DNA of 62,036 nt, the filler included, from Squatina squatina (lineage: Eukaryota), in assembly GCA_031763465.1 (NCBI GenBank). It is 4 parts of 4 records of this genome, joined end to end, with 100 filler letters (N's around TTAATTAATTAA, not from the genome) between each part and the next. Parts side by side here need not be neighbours in the genome. Positions count along the whole stretch, not along the records: positions 1 to 13,589 come from JARFOE010000016.1; 3 more parts are not named here. One strand, written 5' to 3'. Below, one piece after another: positions 1 through 12,907 of this stretch; position 1 is the stretch's first letter, and the number at the start of each line of letters is the position of its first letter. A program made the translations under genes and the position numbers. The notes under the pieces are model-generated. The model was not told the DNA's origin and ran no database searches. It saw only the letters and a list, made by a program, of their open reading frames with translations.

Positions 1-67
1 TGTTTTTTCGATTTTGGGTGCCCACAACTCAAGCACCTTTGGATCAGGTTTCAGAGTAAAGTTGTCT

Positions 68-315
68 TGAAGAAGAGCAAGGGGAGCTTGTTTGATGTTC
101 TGGCCAGCATTTATACCTCAACCAATGCCACCAAAAAATGATGATCTGGATGTGTATCTCATCAGCGTTTGTGAGACCATCCTGTGCGCAATTTGGCTGC
201 TGCATTTCCCTACTTTACAACAGTGACTACACTTCAAAAGTAACCAATTGGCTGTGAAGTGCTTTTGGACATCTGGAGGAGATAAAAGGCGTTAGATGAA
301 TACAAATTATTTCTT
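68..315 (+). mobile_element. SacSINE1-like SINE, 3' half
   Basis: Matches about 8495-8730 (ggctgctgcatttccctac...acagtgactacacttcaaaag...gtgaagtgcttt). Confidence 0.75.
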
Positions 316-647
316 TCATTTCTCAGCCAAGACCAAATGTCATGAAATAGGGAAATAAAACAGTGGCAAAGAGTAGGATGAAGTTTAACACCCAGAAATG
401 GGTGCGATCAGCCTGCCAATCAGGCTGACTTTCAGAGAGCGAAACTGTCCAGTACAAAAGACGCACGCTATGGACTCCTCAGCATGCAGGGAAACCCAGA
501 CCCCTTTGAAACTCTGCATCCCCATGTCCCCCACTGCCTAAATAACCCTGTTAATATCCAGGCCAGTCTCTCTAGATGGTAGGTAGAATTATACAGCACA
601 GATGGAGGCCATTTAACACTGAAGTGTAAACAATGTTGTAAATTAAA

Positions 648-830
648 AAAAACAGATCCTATCATTATCACATTAGTGGCTGTGGGAGCTTGCTGTGTGC
701 AAATTGGCTGCCGTGTTTCCCACATTACAACAGTAACTACACTTCAAAAAGTATATCAGTGGCTGTAAAGTGCTTTGGGATGTCCTGAGGTCGTGAAAGG
801 CACTATATAAATGCAAGTCTTTCTTTCTTT
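648..830 (+). mobile_element. SacSINE1-like SINE, 3' fragment
   Basis: gggagcttgctgtgtgcaaattggctgccgtgtttccc...gtcgtgaaaggcactatataaatgcaagtcttt. Confidence 0.8.
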
Positions 831-1053
831 TATCTCTGAGGGTGACACCTTGAGATAACATCGAAGCATAGAATGACACAGGAGGCCATTCGGCCCACCA
901 TGCCCACGCCAGCTCTATGAAAGAGCTATCCAATTAGTCCCACTCCCCCTGCCCTTTCTCCAGAGCCCTGAAAATGTTTCCCCCTGCTTTGATGAATTTC
1001 CACTTTGTATTTTGTTTCAATAATATGCAAGTTTGTGTTACAAATTTCCACAG

Positions 1054-1215
1054 AACAGCCGGGTTCCTGATGAGATGAAAGTGCAAACCTACGAAAGTAC
1101 ATTGTTTTTTTCACAGCCCTTTGAAAAAGAAGTGGACATTTCTGATCTTAAGGGCGGTAATCACAGAACGGCTGCTGTCAGGCCCTCAACAAGTTCAGGT
1201 GCTGACTTTCACTGA
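1054..1215 (+). CDS. Candidate terminal coding exon of an unidentified gene
   Basis: Acceptor tttccacag|, open frame NSRVPDEMKVQTYESTLFFSQPFEKEVDISDLKGGNHRTAAVRPSTSSGADFH*, non-repetitive downstream sequence with AATAAA near 1606. No homolog recognised. Confidence 0.3.
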   Translation, partial: NSRVPDEMKVQTYESTLFFSQPFEKEVDISDLKGGNHRTAAVRPSTSSGADFH

Positions 1216-3389
1216 GGCAGGAAGAGCTGGAGCTTGCCAGATCCCCAGTTTATCATCCTGCCTCTCCCTCCTTAGACAGACATCCTTCATCATTGGCTGT
1301 AAACGTCCAATCATTTTCACGTGGGAGCCCCCTCGCGCTTGATCGATTGATGCCTTGGCTCTGTTGATAATCAAGGACGGGTCAATGCAATCAGCCACTG
1401 GGGCAGGGAGAGCTGATGTACCTCCGCAGGAGCCTGACTGTGGCACGAGATAAAAAATATATACTTTTTGGATTCAATATAAACGATCGGACGAAATGCA
1501 ATATATTATACCGTTTAATTATACCAGCCAGACTGAAATTGCAATCCCACATGTGTCAGAAGGGTTATGTTTAACAGCTTCAGCCGGCAATGCACTCCTG
1601 TAGGAAATAAAACTTCAGGGTCACAAAGTAATTTCTTGCGATATCACATTATATACTTAATGGCTGTGGCACCATTTTAAGTGAATAACAGAAAACGATT
1701 GATACTCCATGCTAAGAGCGTTTTGTGATATATACTCAGGCCTGTTTCTATTACAGTCTAATTCTCGAAGTGACGAATTGGTTTTAAGCAGTTGCCTCTC
1801 TTTTTAAGCTATTGGAAAGCTTCAAGAAAAGATATTTCAATCGAACTAGGGAACCTGACCTTTCACCTGCTGGCCTGAGGTTTGGACACTGGCTGCAAGG
1901 CTCCTACGTCAATTTAGTTTGTGCAGTCTCAACCCAGTTGCCAGNNNNNNNNNNNNNNNNNNNNNNNNNNNNNNNNNNNNNNNNNNNNNNNNNNNNNNNN
2001 NNNNNNNNNNNNNNNNNNNNNNNNNNNNNNNNNNNNNNNNNNNNGGCTGGGGAAGTTTATGTGAAGATTGAGTATGCATAGGAAGGCTGAGAAGTGGAAG
2101 GACAGAGGGTTTGAGGAATCTAAATGTAGGGTGAAGTTCCTGATGAAAAGAATCACTCAATGCAGAGGCTAAGGGAGTAAATCTCAATGAGAACAGCAGG
2201 ATGAGGCTTGGGAGGGTGGTGCATAACAAAGATTTTAAGTAAGAGACAGGAGAAATGGAAGAGAGTTATGTTCTATAAAGAGGAAACAATGCTAAATGAG
2301 TAGGTGGTGAATCCAGGATAGAACTTTGCAAAAACAGTCACTTCACTGCCAATTCGATTTGAGCAGGCCAAGTGGTGGAAATCAGTCCATTAATCAGAGA
2401 GGCTATCTTGAGCTGGAGAAGCCTTTGGGCTGGAGGCAGAAGTGGGGGTGGGGTGGGGTTTGTCCATTGAGCAAGCCAATGGAGGAATCAAACAAACAAA
2501 GTAGGCCACTCAGTCCCTTGAACCTGTTCTGTCAAAGATTCAACCAGGAGCCAATGATGGCAAAAGGCCGAACTGGCAGGCAATGGAGGAGGGAATCCTC
2601 ATTCAGGGGCAAATGGTGTGCCCCAAATCATTAATCTATTCTCTTCTAGGTCTGTTCTGATGAAACATTCCAGGCGATTATATTCAATGCTTCAGGCTGT
2701 ATAGAACAACACAGGCAAAAGGGTCAATGTGAAGACGTGGTGGAAAACTGTAACTTCATCAGGAGAATGTCTCTACCTTTGTGTTGCTGAGGCTGTAAAT
2801 TTTCTTAGCTGTCACCATATCTATTGTAATGCCACAGAACAGATTAAAAAATCTGTGTCTACTTCATATTACAATGCACTATTCTGTTTGTAATTTTGCA
2901 AAGCTCTTAATAAAATTAGGCTCACATTTCATTTGCGTGGGATATCAGCATTCTCAGTGTGGGAAGGTTCCACAAATTCCTCCTCGAATGGCTGTTGTAT
3001 TGACAAGATACTGTTATTGCACTAGTGGTTCCTCCCTTGTGTGACTTTAATTGACTGCAATGAAGAGCTAATGCAATAAGAAAGAACAGGCTAATTTGAT
3101 AAGGAATGATTACACGCGGGGAATAACTGGGCTCTGAAACTAATGGATGCAAGCCAACTTGCACAGTTTCGGTTTGTGATCCGGAAGACCCCAATTTGGC
3201 CAAAACTTCCTGGATTTGAGTGATGGGAGTCAATTGTGCGGTAATATAGTGGGTGCATGCGGCCCAGTGGGTAGAATTTTCACGAACTTGAATCATGTAT
3301 TTCAACAGGGACCTAGATACCACAATAAAGTATTGAAACTTTATGTCTTTCCGAGCCACATAGGCTAGTTCCACAGAGCCCCAGGGCTA

Positions 3390-4371
3390 CGTAGAATCTT
3401 ATAGCACAGAAGAAGGCCATTTGGCCCATCATGCCTGGGTTGGCTCTTTGAAAGAGTTATACAGTTGTTTCCACTCCCCTGCTCTTTTCCCATAGCCCTG
3501 AAAATTTCTCCTTTTCAAGTATTTATCCAATTCCTTTTGAAAGTTGCTATTGAATCTGCTTCCATCGCCCTTTCAGGCTATTCATTCCAGATCATAAAAA
3601 ACTTGCTGTGTAAAAATGTATCTCATTATCTCCCCCATTTGTCAATTCTTTTAAATCTGTGTCCTCTGGTTACCAAGCTAGTGGAAACAGTTTCTCACTA
3701 TCTACTATAGCAAAACACTTTTTGAATATCTCTATTAAACATTCTCTTAATCTTCTTTACTCTAAGAAAAACAAACCCAGCTTCGCAAGCCTCTCTACCT
3801 AACTGAAGTCTCGCATCCCTNNNNNNNNNNNNNNNNNNNNNNNNNNNNNNNNNNNNNNNNNNNNNNNNNNNNNNNNNNNNNNNNNNNNNNNNNNNNNNNN
3901 NNNNNNNNNNNNNNNNNNNNGTTTCTCTCTATCTACTCTGTCTAGACCCATCATGATTTAGAACACCTCTATCAAATCTCCTCTCAAACTTCTCTGCTCT
4001 AAGGAGAACAACCCCAGCTTCTCTAATTTATCCACGTAACTGAAGTCCCTCATCCCTGGAATCATTCTCGTAAATCTTTTCTGCAGCCTCTCGAAGACGA
4101 TCACATCCTTCCTAAATAACGATGCTGAGAATTGGACACAATACTCCAGTTGAGGCCGAACCAGTGTTTATAAAGGCTCATCATAAATCCTTGCTTTTGT
4201 ACTCTATGCCTCTAGTTATGGAGCCAAGGATCCCATATGCTTTTTAAACTGCTTTCTCAACCTGCCCTGCCACCTTCAATGATTTGTGTGCATTTACCCA
4301 CTCTCCTTGTTCTTTCTACCAAAATATTTCACTTTGCACTTTTCTCCATTAAATTTTATCTGCCACGTGTC
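3390..4371 (-). mobile_element. CR1 LINE 3' fragments (two diverged pieces either side of a gap)
   Basis: CR1-type 3' end (agcacagaagaaggccatttggccc...) and ORF2 C-terminal antisense sequence (aattggacacaatactccagttgaggcc). Confidence 0.75.
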
Positions 4372-7300
4372 NNNNNNNNNNCGTCCATTCTCTAAATAGG
4401 ATCTTGATAGTGAGGGTAGCTCTGTAAAAGAGACATTAATGGTTGGACACTTTCTGTTAGAGGGGCTGTGATAGGGAGATCCTTTCTGTAAGAGGAGCTT
4501 TGAGACTGAGGCTGTCTGGGTTTTGGTGATAAGACTCCCTCTGAAAAAGGCATCTTTATGCTGTGAATCCTTTAAAGCTGATGGTATTGAATCTAGGTGA
4601 TGAAGAGTTGAAATGATTCTTTGTGGTTATGGATAGTGGAAATACTTCAATAATTACTCCTCATTAATTCTAATTCAAAGTCAATTTGGACTATCAATTC
4701 TGAGAAGACTAGCTGAGGGATCTGCATTATGGCTTCACACAAACTCCAAAATCAATTACTGCAGCTCCTTCTGAAGCTTCACCTGTATAATAATAACTAA
4801 TGAAAGAATATTTTTAAGCCGCAGTGTATAATTCATTTCATTAGGTAGATGCCATTCACACCAATCAATTGTAACAATGCAATTAAAACCATTTTGGTGG
4901 CTGCCTGGTCATGACTGACAAAGCCCACAATGGNNNNNNNNNNNNNNNNNNNNNNNNNNNNNNNNNNNNNNNNNNNNNNNNNNNNNNNNNNNNNNNNNNN
5001 NNNNNNNNNNNNNNNNNNNNNNNNNNNNNNNNNAACCAACAAACTTCTGATGCAGAGGCAAGACTGCTACCCACTGAGCCACCAAGCAGCACGATTGCAT
5101 TATACAAGTTCCACAAAAGCTGCTTCTGCTCTCATTGCCTCACATTGATTTCAAACCCTTCTCTCTTGCTCTCGCTTTTTCTTGACGTCTGTAGAAATGC
5201 CTAAGAGTCATCAAAATCAATAGCAATATTTTATTTTTGCATTCCCTCCAGGAAGGTAAGATTCAAGACCAATTCCTCGCTTAGTACGCATGTTATTTGC
5301 CATTATTCTAGACACAGGCAGATGAAGACAGCTTGGCAATGAGTCCTTTCAAACCTTGCTACAAATCAAAGCATTCCAGAGTTGAAAGTTAGTCGCTTGA
5401 CATGCAGGACAAAGGGGTGCAAGACAACCTTAGATCATTGGCAAGCTCTGAAGCTAAAGCAAATTCTGAGGAGAATTCTAGTTGGAGATGTAACTTTTGG
5501 AGTGAGATCAAAGGGGTGCATTGTCACAACTGGGAAAGAAGAAAGTCAGGAAGGTTTAGCCAGAAGAAAAAAGGAATAGATCAGATGGACAAGCTGGTAG
5601 AATTCTTCACATAGCTTTCACTGCAATCAAGAGGAAATGATTATGGTGGGCTTGTAGAACCAGTTTATTCCTTGTGAAAACTGGTGTTTAAATATCCACT
5701 ATCTTTCAAGCTAACAATGAAAATTTAGAGGCAGATCCTTCCACTCGATGGGTGACTGCACTGCTGTGGGAACTGAGCAGTTCAGCCCCGGAAGATAGCA
5801 GCTTCAATTCCCAGTTTGGCCTGGGTTGATTTCAGACAGTTGAGCATCAAATTAAAATTGACCTTGATNNNNNNNNNNNNNNNNNNNNNNNNNNNNNNNN
5901 NNNNNNNNNNNNNNNNNNNNNNNNNNNNNNNNNNNNNNNNNNNNNNNNNNNNNNNNNNNNNNNNNNNNCCAGAGGAAAGGCCATAACAAATATGTGATTC
6001 ATGTTTATATTTTGTTTCGAGCTAAGCCAGCTGTAATAATGGACGTGGCAATCTCCATCTCCTTCACTGTTTACACCAGTACCTGCCCAATTTGAATTGG
6101 CCTATCCTGACTCTGGACGTGGACTCCATGGGCTGTCGCCAAAGATTCAAGTTAACACCTACAGATGCACAGCGAAACGACTATACAGAAAACCTAGTCC
6201 GCTGCATTGTCTGATCCGATAAAGTCGTGTGCAGTCCCTCGGTGCTGGAGTCCATGGGTTCAGTTGGTCAGTAAATGATTCTGTTGCATACTTTGGGACT
6301 TGTCAAATTATGTGTGCTTTGGGCGAGATTAGATATCATTATTCCTTCCTAATAAAAGTGCAGAAATCTTGGCAGCTCATTCCTTTCCCGNNNNNNNNNN
6401 ATTTATTGAATTCCCCATTCTCTTTGCCTGTCAGCTCCAATAACTTCTTCCAGCTGTTGTTTTTTTAAACAGGTAGAGGTCTCTATTTTATTGAAGTTTA
6501 TTATAAGAGGAAAGGGTGATTAATGTTCGTGCAGTCACCTGCAAAATATCTTTCCTTGTTAGCCATTTTCTTTCTGTATTCTCTGTCTCCTCTTTCCTTT
6601 GGTCATCAGCTCTTTCTTACATGCTTTCCCCAGCCCGCCCCCCCGCCACCCCCACCCCCCCTCNNNNNNNNNNNNNNNNNNNNNNNNNNNNNNNNNNNNN
6701 NNNNNNNNNNNNNNNNNNNNNNNNNNNNNNNNNNNNNNNNNNNNNNNNNNNNNNNNNNNNNNNAAACCTTTCTAGTCGAGAGCTAGCATAAGGGCTATGA
6801 AAAGAGCTTTTTTTAAAAAAAAACAAAAATCATCCCAGTGACCTAATTATGCGTTTGACTGTATCGAACATGCTGATTAATGAGTGCTAGTGCCATCAAT
6901 GGTGAAAGGCTGGAGGTGCGGGAGTTAGGCTGGAATGGAATGCACAGGTTTTGCAGGAAACCTCGAGGAGGTGAAAAGGGTTCTGTTAATTTTCTTATTT
7001 GTCCAAAGTGTTAATATTGATTGATGCCACTTTAACCAGTTCTGTCTAAAGGCAGGAAGTGTGTGATGGAGCTGCAGGCAAGCTGCGACTTAGCGTTAGT
7101 ATTTTAAACTTGAATGACCTTCTTTCGGCAGAGAAGCCATTCCCCCTTCATGTCTAAGTTAGTAACATGAGCTCTGTAAAAATAAAATGGCTTCTCACTA
7201 AGTACAAGGTAAGTATATTGCACAATGTGAAGGTATTAAATCTGCCTCGGAGGTATCTCTAGTAGATTAAACCTTCCAAGTAAGTTTGTAAATGAATCTG

Positions 7301-7554
7301 GATGGGATAAATTTGGAAACAGTGCACAGTAGGGAATCCTGCTATGAGACTTTAGTCCGCTGAATATTCTTGCTTGCAGTTTATCTCCCAGAGAAAATGA
7401 TTGATCTATTAAGCNNNNNNNNNNTGGGATATAATGTTGTTGTGGATGCGTTAGTGCGGGCTGTGTTTTTGATTGTCTCTTTCCATCTGGGGAAAGCGGG
7501 ATTACAGTGACTCTGAAGTATTGTGCCTTTGATTAATTTCATAAGGTGGGGGAG

Positions 7555-7804
7555 AGATGATAAACCAAGGGTCCGTCTGCCCTCTCGGGTGGATGTAAAA
7601 GATCCCATGGCACTATTTTTGAGAAGAGCAAGGCAGTTATCCCTGGTGTCCTACTCAACATTTATCCCTTAACCAACACTACTAAAACAGATTATCTGGT
7701 CATTATCACATTGCTGTTCATGGGAGCTTGCTGTGTACAACATGGTTGCCGCGTTTCCTGCATTGTAATAGTGGCTACATTTAAAAGTACTTCATTGGCT
7801 GTAA
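7555..7804 (+). mobile_element. SacSINE1-like SINE fragment, core to tail, runs into gap
   Basis: ccgtctgccctctcgggtggatgtaaaagatcccatggcact..., the same core as the 8273 copy. Confidence 0.8.
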
Positions 7805-8272
7805 NNNNNNNNNNNNNNNNNNNNNNNNNNNNNNNNNNNNNNNNNNNNNNNNNNNNNNNNNNNNNNNNNNNNNNNNNNNNNNNNNNNNNNNNNNNNNNNN
7901 NNNNAGAAGTCCAATTGACCTTTAGAAGAACTGAACTTTCCTAACGACTGGTGCTAGCCAGGTGACTGTGACACAGCAGTCGCTCTTCCATTGCAATCTG
8001 TGTGAGCGTTCTACATCGTGTCAGGTTGCAAATCACATCTGATGCCTCCAAAGTCCCAGAGGTATCTTTGGTGGGTCCCAAGAGAGACTTGATATCATGG
8101 GCACCGCAATGGCACAGTGCCACGGTGCGACAGTGAGTCCTCCCCATGGTCATGCGCCCAGACTTCTGACCCCATTTCCCCCAGTTGATGAATTCGTCAG
8201 CTCAGCCATGGTGTGCGAAGTGGAGACGAGATGAAAGGAAAACAAATGTAATGATTACCATCTGGTTGCCAA

Positions 8273-8730
8273 GTGTCAGCCTTGGCTCAGTTAATAGCAC
8301 TCTTTGCCTCTGAGCCAGAGGGTTGTGTGTTCAAGTCCTGCTTCAGAGACTTTGCAGCAAAATCTAGGCTGACGCTCCCAGTGCAATACTGAGAAAGTGT
8401 TGCACTGTCGGAGCTGCGGTATTCTAGATGAAATGTTAAACCGAGGCCCCGTCTGCCCTCTCAAGTGGACGTAAAAGATCCCATGGCCCTATTTTGAAGA
8501 GTAGGGGTATTCTGACCAATATTTCTTCCCAAAATCCAACATCACTAAAAACAGATATTCTGTTCAGTTGTCGCATTGCTTTTTGTGGGAGCTTGCTGTG
8601 CGCAAGTTGGCTGCTGGGTTTCCTGCAATACTACAGTGAGTACACTTCAAAGGTACTTAATTGGCTGTAAAGCGCTTTGGGCTTTGGGACATGCTGAGAG
8701 CATGAAAGGCGCGAAATGTGTCTTTTTTTT
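8273..8730 (+). mobile_element. Near full-length SacSINE1-like DeuSINE
   Basis: tRNA-derived head (A box TGGCTCAGTTAATAG, B box GTTCAAGTCC), Deu-domain-like core TAAACCGAGGCCCCGTCTGCCCTCTCAAGTGGACGTAAAAGATCCCATGGC, and an L2-like tail TGTAAAGCGCTTTGGG ending in a T run. Many partial copies lie in the window. Confidence 0.85.
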
Positions 8731-9091
8731 TGCTGAAGAAAGGAAGTTTGAGAAGGAACCTTGTCAAGGTCTACCAAATGGTTCTAGGCACAGATGGTGC
8801 AGACGTTAGCTGGTTGTTTAACTTGGATTGTGATTGTAGAACTAGGCACAATATTAAACTGACAAGCCTCAAGCAAGTGTGAAGATCTGAACTGTTCCTC
8901 CAGAGACCTCGGTAACTGTAGCAGACATAATTTGTTACATTGATTAACTCCTTGGAAAAATGGCACCGATAAATACCTGGTGAGGGCTGCAATTTAAGAA
9001 AAAAAACGATTGCATTTATATCCCAAGGAATAGAACACAAGACCAGGAAGGTAATGTTAAAATTATATAGCACCTTGATTTGACCATATTT

Positions 9092-9805
9092 GGGGGGTGA
9101 AATTCAATTCAACACCGGGGGGGGTGTTAAGGGATGCAAATGCATTACCAACCAGGCGTGGCACTAACAACCACTCCTGCCTTATTGGGCAGGAGATTAG
9201 CGGCGGCACTACAGTTTTGCACCCTGGTCTCCTGCGCCCGGAGATTGTGACATCATCACCGCGTTCATCGCCCCGTTGGTGCCCCGCCCACGTTATTGAC
9301 TTTCGCCCCCTGTAGCAGCGCCGGGCGAAAACACGAGCAGTTGCAGAAGGCACGGATCAGGCGGCCGGCTGCTTCCCAGGCGATGATTAAGGTCGAGGTG
9401 GCCGGGGTAAGTAAAACAAAAAACTTACCTTCGGTTTTCGCGGTGCTGCTCTGATTTCTTCATGGGATTCTGCCCGCGATCGCACAGCCCGGCACTGTGT
9501 TTGAGCGCTGGGCTGAACGTGCGGACTCCCCCACTCCCTAGGTGGTCCAGTTAGGTCCTTTCTGATTGACAAAACCTACAGCATGGGCCTTTCCCTTTAA
9601 GGGAGGGAAGCGCCCCTGGGACACAGCAGCGCTGCATGGCGCAGTGTTCAGCCCTGCTGAGACACCCGTCCCGCTGGTGATCCAAGAAGGTAGCGGAAGA
9701 CTTGATTTAGCGCTCCACTTCCTTCCAGGATCGCTAATCCAAATTTTTTGAGAGGGGAGAAATTGTGACACCTGGTGCTAAGTTTCCCACCTCTTAAATG
9801 TTAGC
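9092..9805 (+). mobile_element. CpG-rich non-autonomous DNA transposon (Harbinger-like)
   Basis: Starts GGGGGTGAAATT; 9570-9740 is similar to 11390-11560 (acacagcagcgct...acttga.ttagcgctccacttcc). Confidence 0.55.
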
Positions 9806-10280
9806 ACCCCCAGTTTTGGTCTCCATTCTACAAAAAGGCTATTGAAACACTGGGGAAAGTGCTGAAAAGATTTACAAGGATGTTACCTGACTTGGGAGGA
9901 TGCAACTATCAGGAAGAATTGGCCATGTTGGTGGCTCTTTCCTCTGGAAAAGAGAAGACAAAGAGGAGACCTGTTAGACGTCTTTAAAATTATCAAGGAT
10001 TTCGGTAGGATGGATGTGGAGAAATTGTTTCCACTTATGGGTGAGTCCAGAGCAAGAGGGTATAAGTATAAGATAGTGACTAACAGATCAAATAAAGAAN
10101 NNNNNNNNNNNNNNNNNNNNNNNNNNNNNNNNNNNNNNNNNNNNNNNNNNNNNNNNNNNNNNNNNNNNNNNNNNNNNNNNNNNNNNNNNNNNNNNNNNNT
10201 GGAGTTGAGGTCAAAGATCAGCCATGATCCTATTGAACAGCGTAGCAGGCTCGAATGAGCCGAATAGCCCACTCCTGCTC
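9806..10280 (+). mobile_element. CR1 LINE 3' fragment (ORF2 C-terminus and 3' UTR)
   Basis: FWSP..KK.I..L.KV..RFTRMLP and DVEKLFPLMGESRARGYKYKI motifs; 3' end gagccgaatagcccactcctgctcct. Confidence 0.8.
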
Positions 10281-10943
10281 CTGATTCTTATGTTCTTACA
10301 TTCTGATTTATATGAGAGCGTGGCTCATCACTGCTAGTGCCAACTCAAAATAAAAATTGCTCCTGTTATGCCAGATGCCAAGCAATGGTTAAAAGAGTTT
10401 TTTTTTCCCAGGGCCAGTTATATGAACATTTAAGAGGAGTAGAAAAAGATATGGCTAAGAATGACAGGAACCGTAAACTTCCAATTCAGTTTAAATCTAT
10501 TGCTGGCTTATTCCNNNNNNNNNNTCTGAGCGTGTAAAATAGCTGCCTGATCCCCCACAGCTCAAATCACATCATCACACACACACACTAACACTCCTCA
10601 TCCTTTTCATTTTAGTTTAAGAGTACGGAAAGGAGTGCAGAAATTTGAAATTCAATCAGTTCACAAGAAACAGATCGAGACCTAAAGCACTTGTGACTTG
10701 TGTGCTCTTTTTCAGGCGTCATGCAGTAGTTGTTCAGTCAATTCACCACCTACTCATCTGTGAAGGCTGATTGAGCTCAGATTTTGGTGCTGTTCCCTCC
10801 CCGCCACCCCTTCTCACTCCCTATACCCAAAGAAGGCCTGGGGATACCATTGTTATGGCCGGGTTATACCAGCTTTCGCCCACCACTATTAGAATCGAAG
10901 CAGTGGTATTGTGGTGGAGCCTTATCTAATTCAAGAAAAGAGG

Positions 10944-11208
10944 GAAGAAAGAATTTACAATTATACAGCGCCTTTCACAACTTCAGGAAGTCCCAAAGCG
11001 TTTCACAGACAATGAAATATTTTTGAAGTGTAGTCACGGTGTAACTCTGGGGAAAGTGGGAGACAATTTACACACAGCAAGGCCACACAAAAAACAATGT
11101 GATAATCACCAGATAATCTGTTTTTGTTATGTTGGTTGAAGGAAAATATTGGCCAGGAGAACTCCCCTACATAGTGTCATGGGATCCTCTAAATCCACCT
11201 GAGAGAGC
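10944..11208 (-). mobile_element. SacSINE1-like SINE fragment
   Basis: Reverse complement of the SINE core and tail (cgcctttcacaacttcaggaagtcccaaagcg...gtgtcatgggatc). Confidence 0.75.
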
Positions 11209-11308
11209 NNNNNNNNNNNNNNNNNNNNNNNNNNNNNNNNNNNNNNNNNNNNNNNNNNNNNNNNNNNNNNNNNNNNNNNNNNNNNNNNNNNNNNNNNNNN
11301 NNNNNNNN

Positions 11309-11642
11309 ATGCCACTTAAGTCGCGGGGGCCAGTGCCGCAGTAGCTCAGTCCGGCACTCAGGTAGTGGGTTCCTATTTTGCAGTGTATGCAGCTTGGGCC
11401 CTCCCCCTTCAATTCAGGGAAGAGCCCCTCGTACACAGCAGCGCTACACGGCTCAGTGTGGAGCGCTGTTGAGCAGTGTGCCCTGCTCCCATCCCAGGAA
11501 GGAATTGGAGCACTTGACTTAGCGCTCCACTTCCATTTGGGGGAAGTGACCCCAATTTATTGCGAGGGACGCGAATTCTACGCCTGACGCAAAGTCTCGC
11601 ATCTTGCGAGCGTTACCGCCACAGTGCCCAATTGCTAGGCCC
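11309..11642 (+). mobile_element. Right half of a related non-autonomous element
   Basis: Similar to 9570-9740; ends CCCAATTGCTAGGCCC. Confidence 0.55.
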
Positions 11643-12795
11643 ACCTTTCCAAGCCGCAAAGCCCAAGTCTCTCCAATCTATCCTTTCACTTGCCACATTG
11701 CTGTGTAGAAGAGGACACCTGCACTGCGGATGTAGAATTCCTCAGCTTTTACAAAACCACCTCACTCAGGCAAACAACCTTTGCCTCTCCCTCGCCAATA
11801 TTTGAATAATTAATAAACAATAGTGTTCAAAGCAAACTTTTTATTGCATGTTGTTCACAATAGTGCCCAGGATTAATTTTCTATTCCTTGAGACTCCATC
11901 AACAATCCTGGAGTTGCCAGCACAATGCTGGAGGGTTAGCCACTCTCGTCTCGCCTCAGATACAAAGAATGGCCTCCTGGGTGAAATACGGTTGCCGAGG
12001 ACTGCGGAAGAGAACCCCGGCATTGGGGTTCAGCACCCCGAAGCCGGGGGAGGAGAGAAACCCGGGGGGTTTAAATAGTCACACCTGGCTCATTAAATGC
12101 TTCATTCTACGTTTAAATGTTCAAGTGGTGCTGTTCAATTGGGGGTGAGAGGGAAGAGAGGATCACTGAGCTGGTAGGAGATCGCAAGCATCCCAGCAAA
12201 GATAAAGTAGACGCTGAAAGCATTTCACGCCAGCAGCAGTTCCACCTGACTGGATAATGCTGAATAAACTCTGTGACCTACTGAATTATGCATGAACCCT
12301 GCTGAGATAGAGCGCACAGCTCAAGTTTGTTTGCAACATATCTTGCGGCTTGTCCAGTCAACCAAATAAAACTAAAATTACGTGTATAAATATTTTTGGC
12401 TAATGTGCTGTGCAGATTTTTCCACTTTTGAGTAAATCTGTTAGCCCTGATGTATCAATTTTTGTTGAAAATCAAATTAGCAGTTCCACAATAAAGCCCT
12501 CGTTGCAGGAACGAGGTTACTATTGAGTGCTGGATCTATTTCCCCTGATAGCCCAGCAGGTACAGACACTGCTCAGTGTAGCAGCCATTTGTTGTTTTGC
12601 TGAGATGATTAGGAGCTCTTTGTCACCATATGACACTGTGACACCGCTTTCTACTGGTGTCTAAAATCCAATAGGGTAGAAATCACTTGCCAGCCTTGTT
12701 ATCGTATGAATGTGCAATGCGCTCATAGCGTCTCTTATTTCAAAAGTTATTCAGTTATTTATTTCAACTGGACTGACTCACCCCTGTTAAAATCA

Positions 12796-12905
12796 CAAAA
12801 AAAAGAACTTGCATTTATACAGCGCCATTCAAAGCTTTAGGACATCCCAAAGCGCTTTACAGCCAATTAGGAAACGTAGTAGCCAATTTGTGCACAGCAG
12901 AGATA
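12796..12905 (-). mobile_element. SacSINE1-like SINE tail, internally deleted
   Basis: aagaacttgcatttatacagcgcc...ggacatcccaaagcgctttacagccaat. Confidence 0.7.
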
Positions 12906-12907
12906 AT

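Noticed and set aside
2650-2790. Acceptor followed by a Cys-rich open frame ending LCC*
   Set aside because: Short, with no recognisable family or partner exon; compatible with chance.
6170-6230. CGAAAC and CTGA motifs suggesting a hammerhead ribozyme or SECIS element
   Set aside because: No CUGANGA core in the right topology, no UH cleavage site, and no AUGA/GA quartet with correct spacing.
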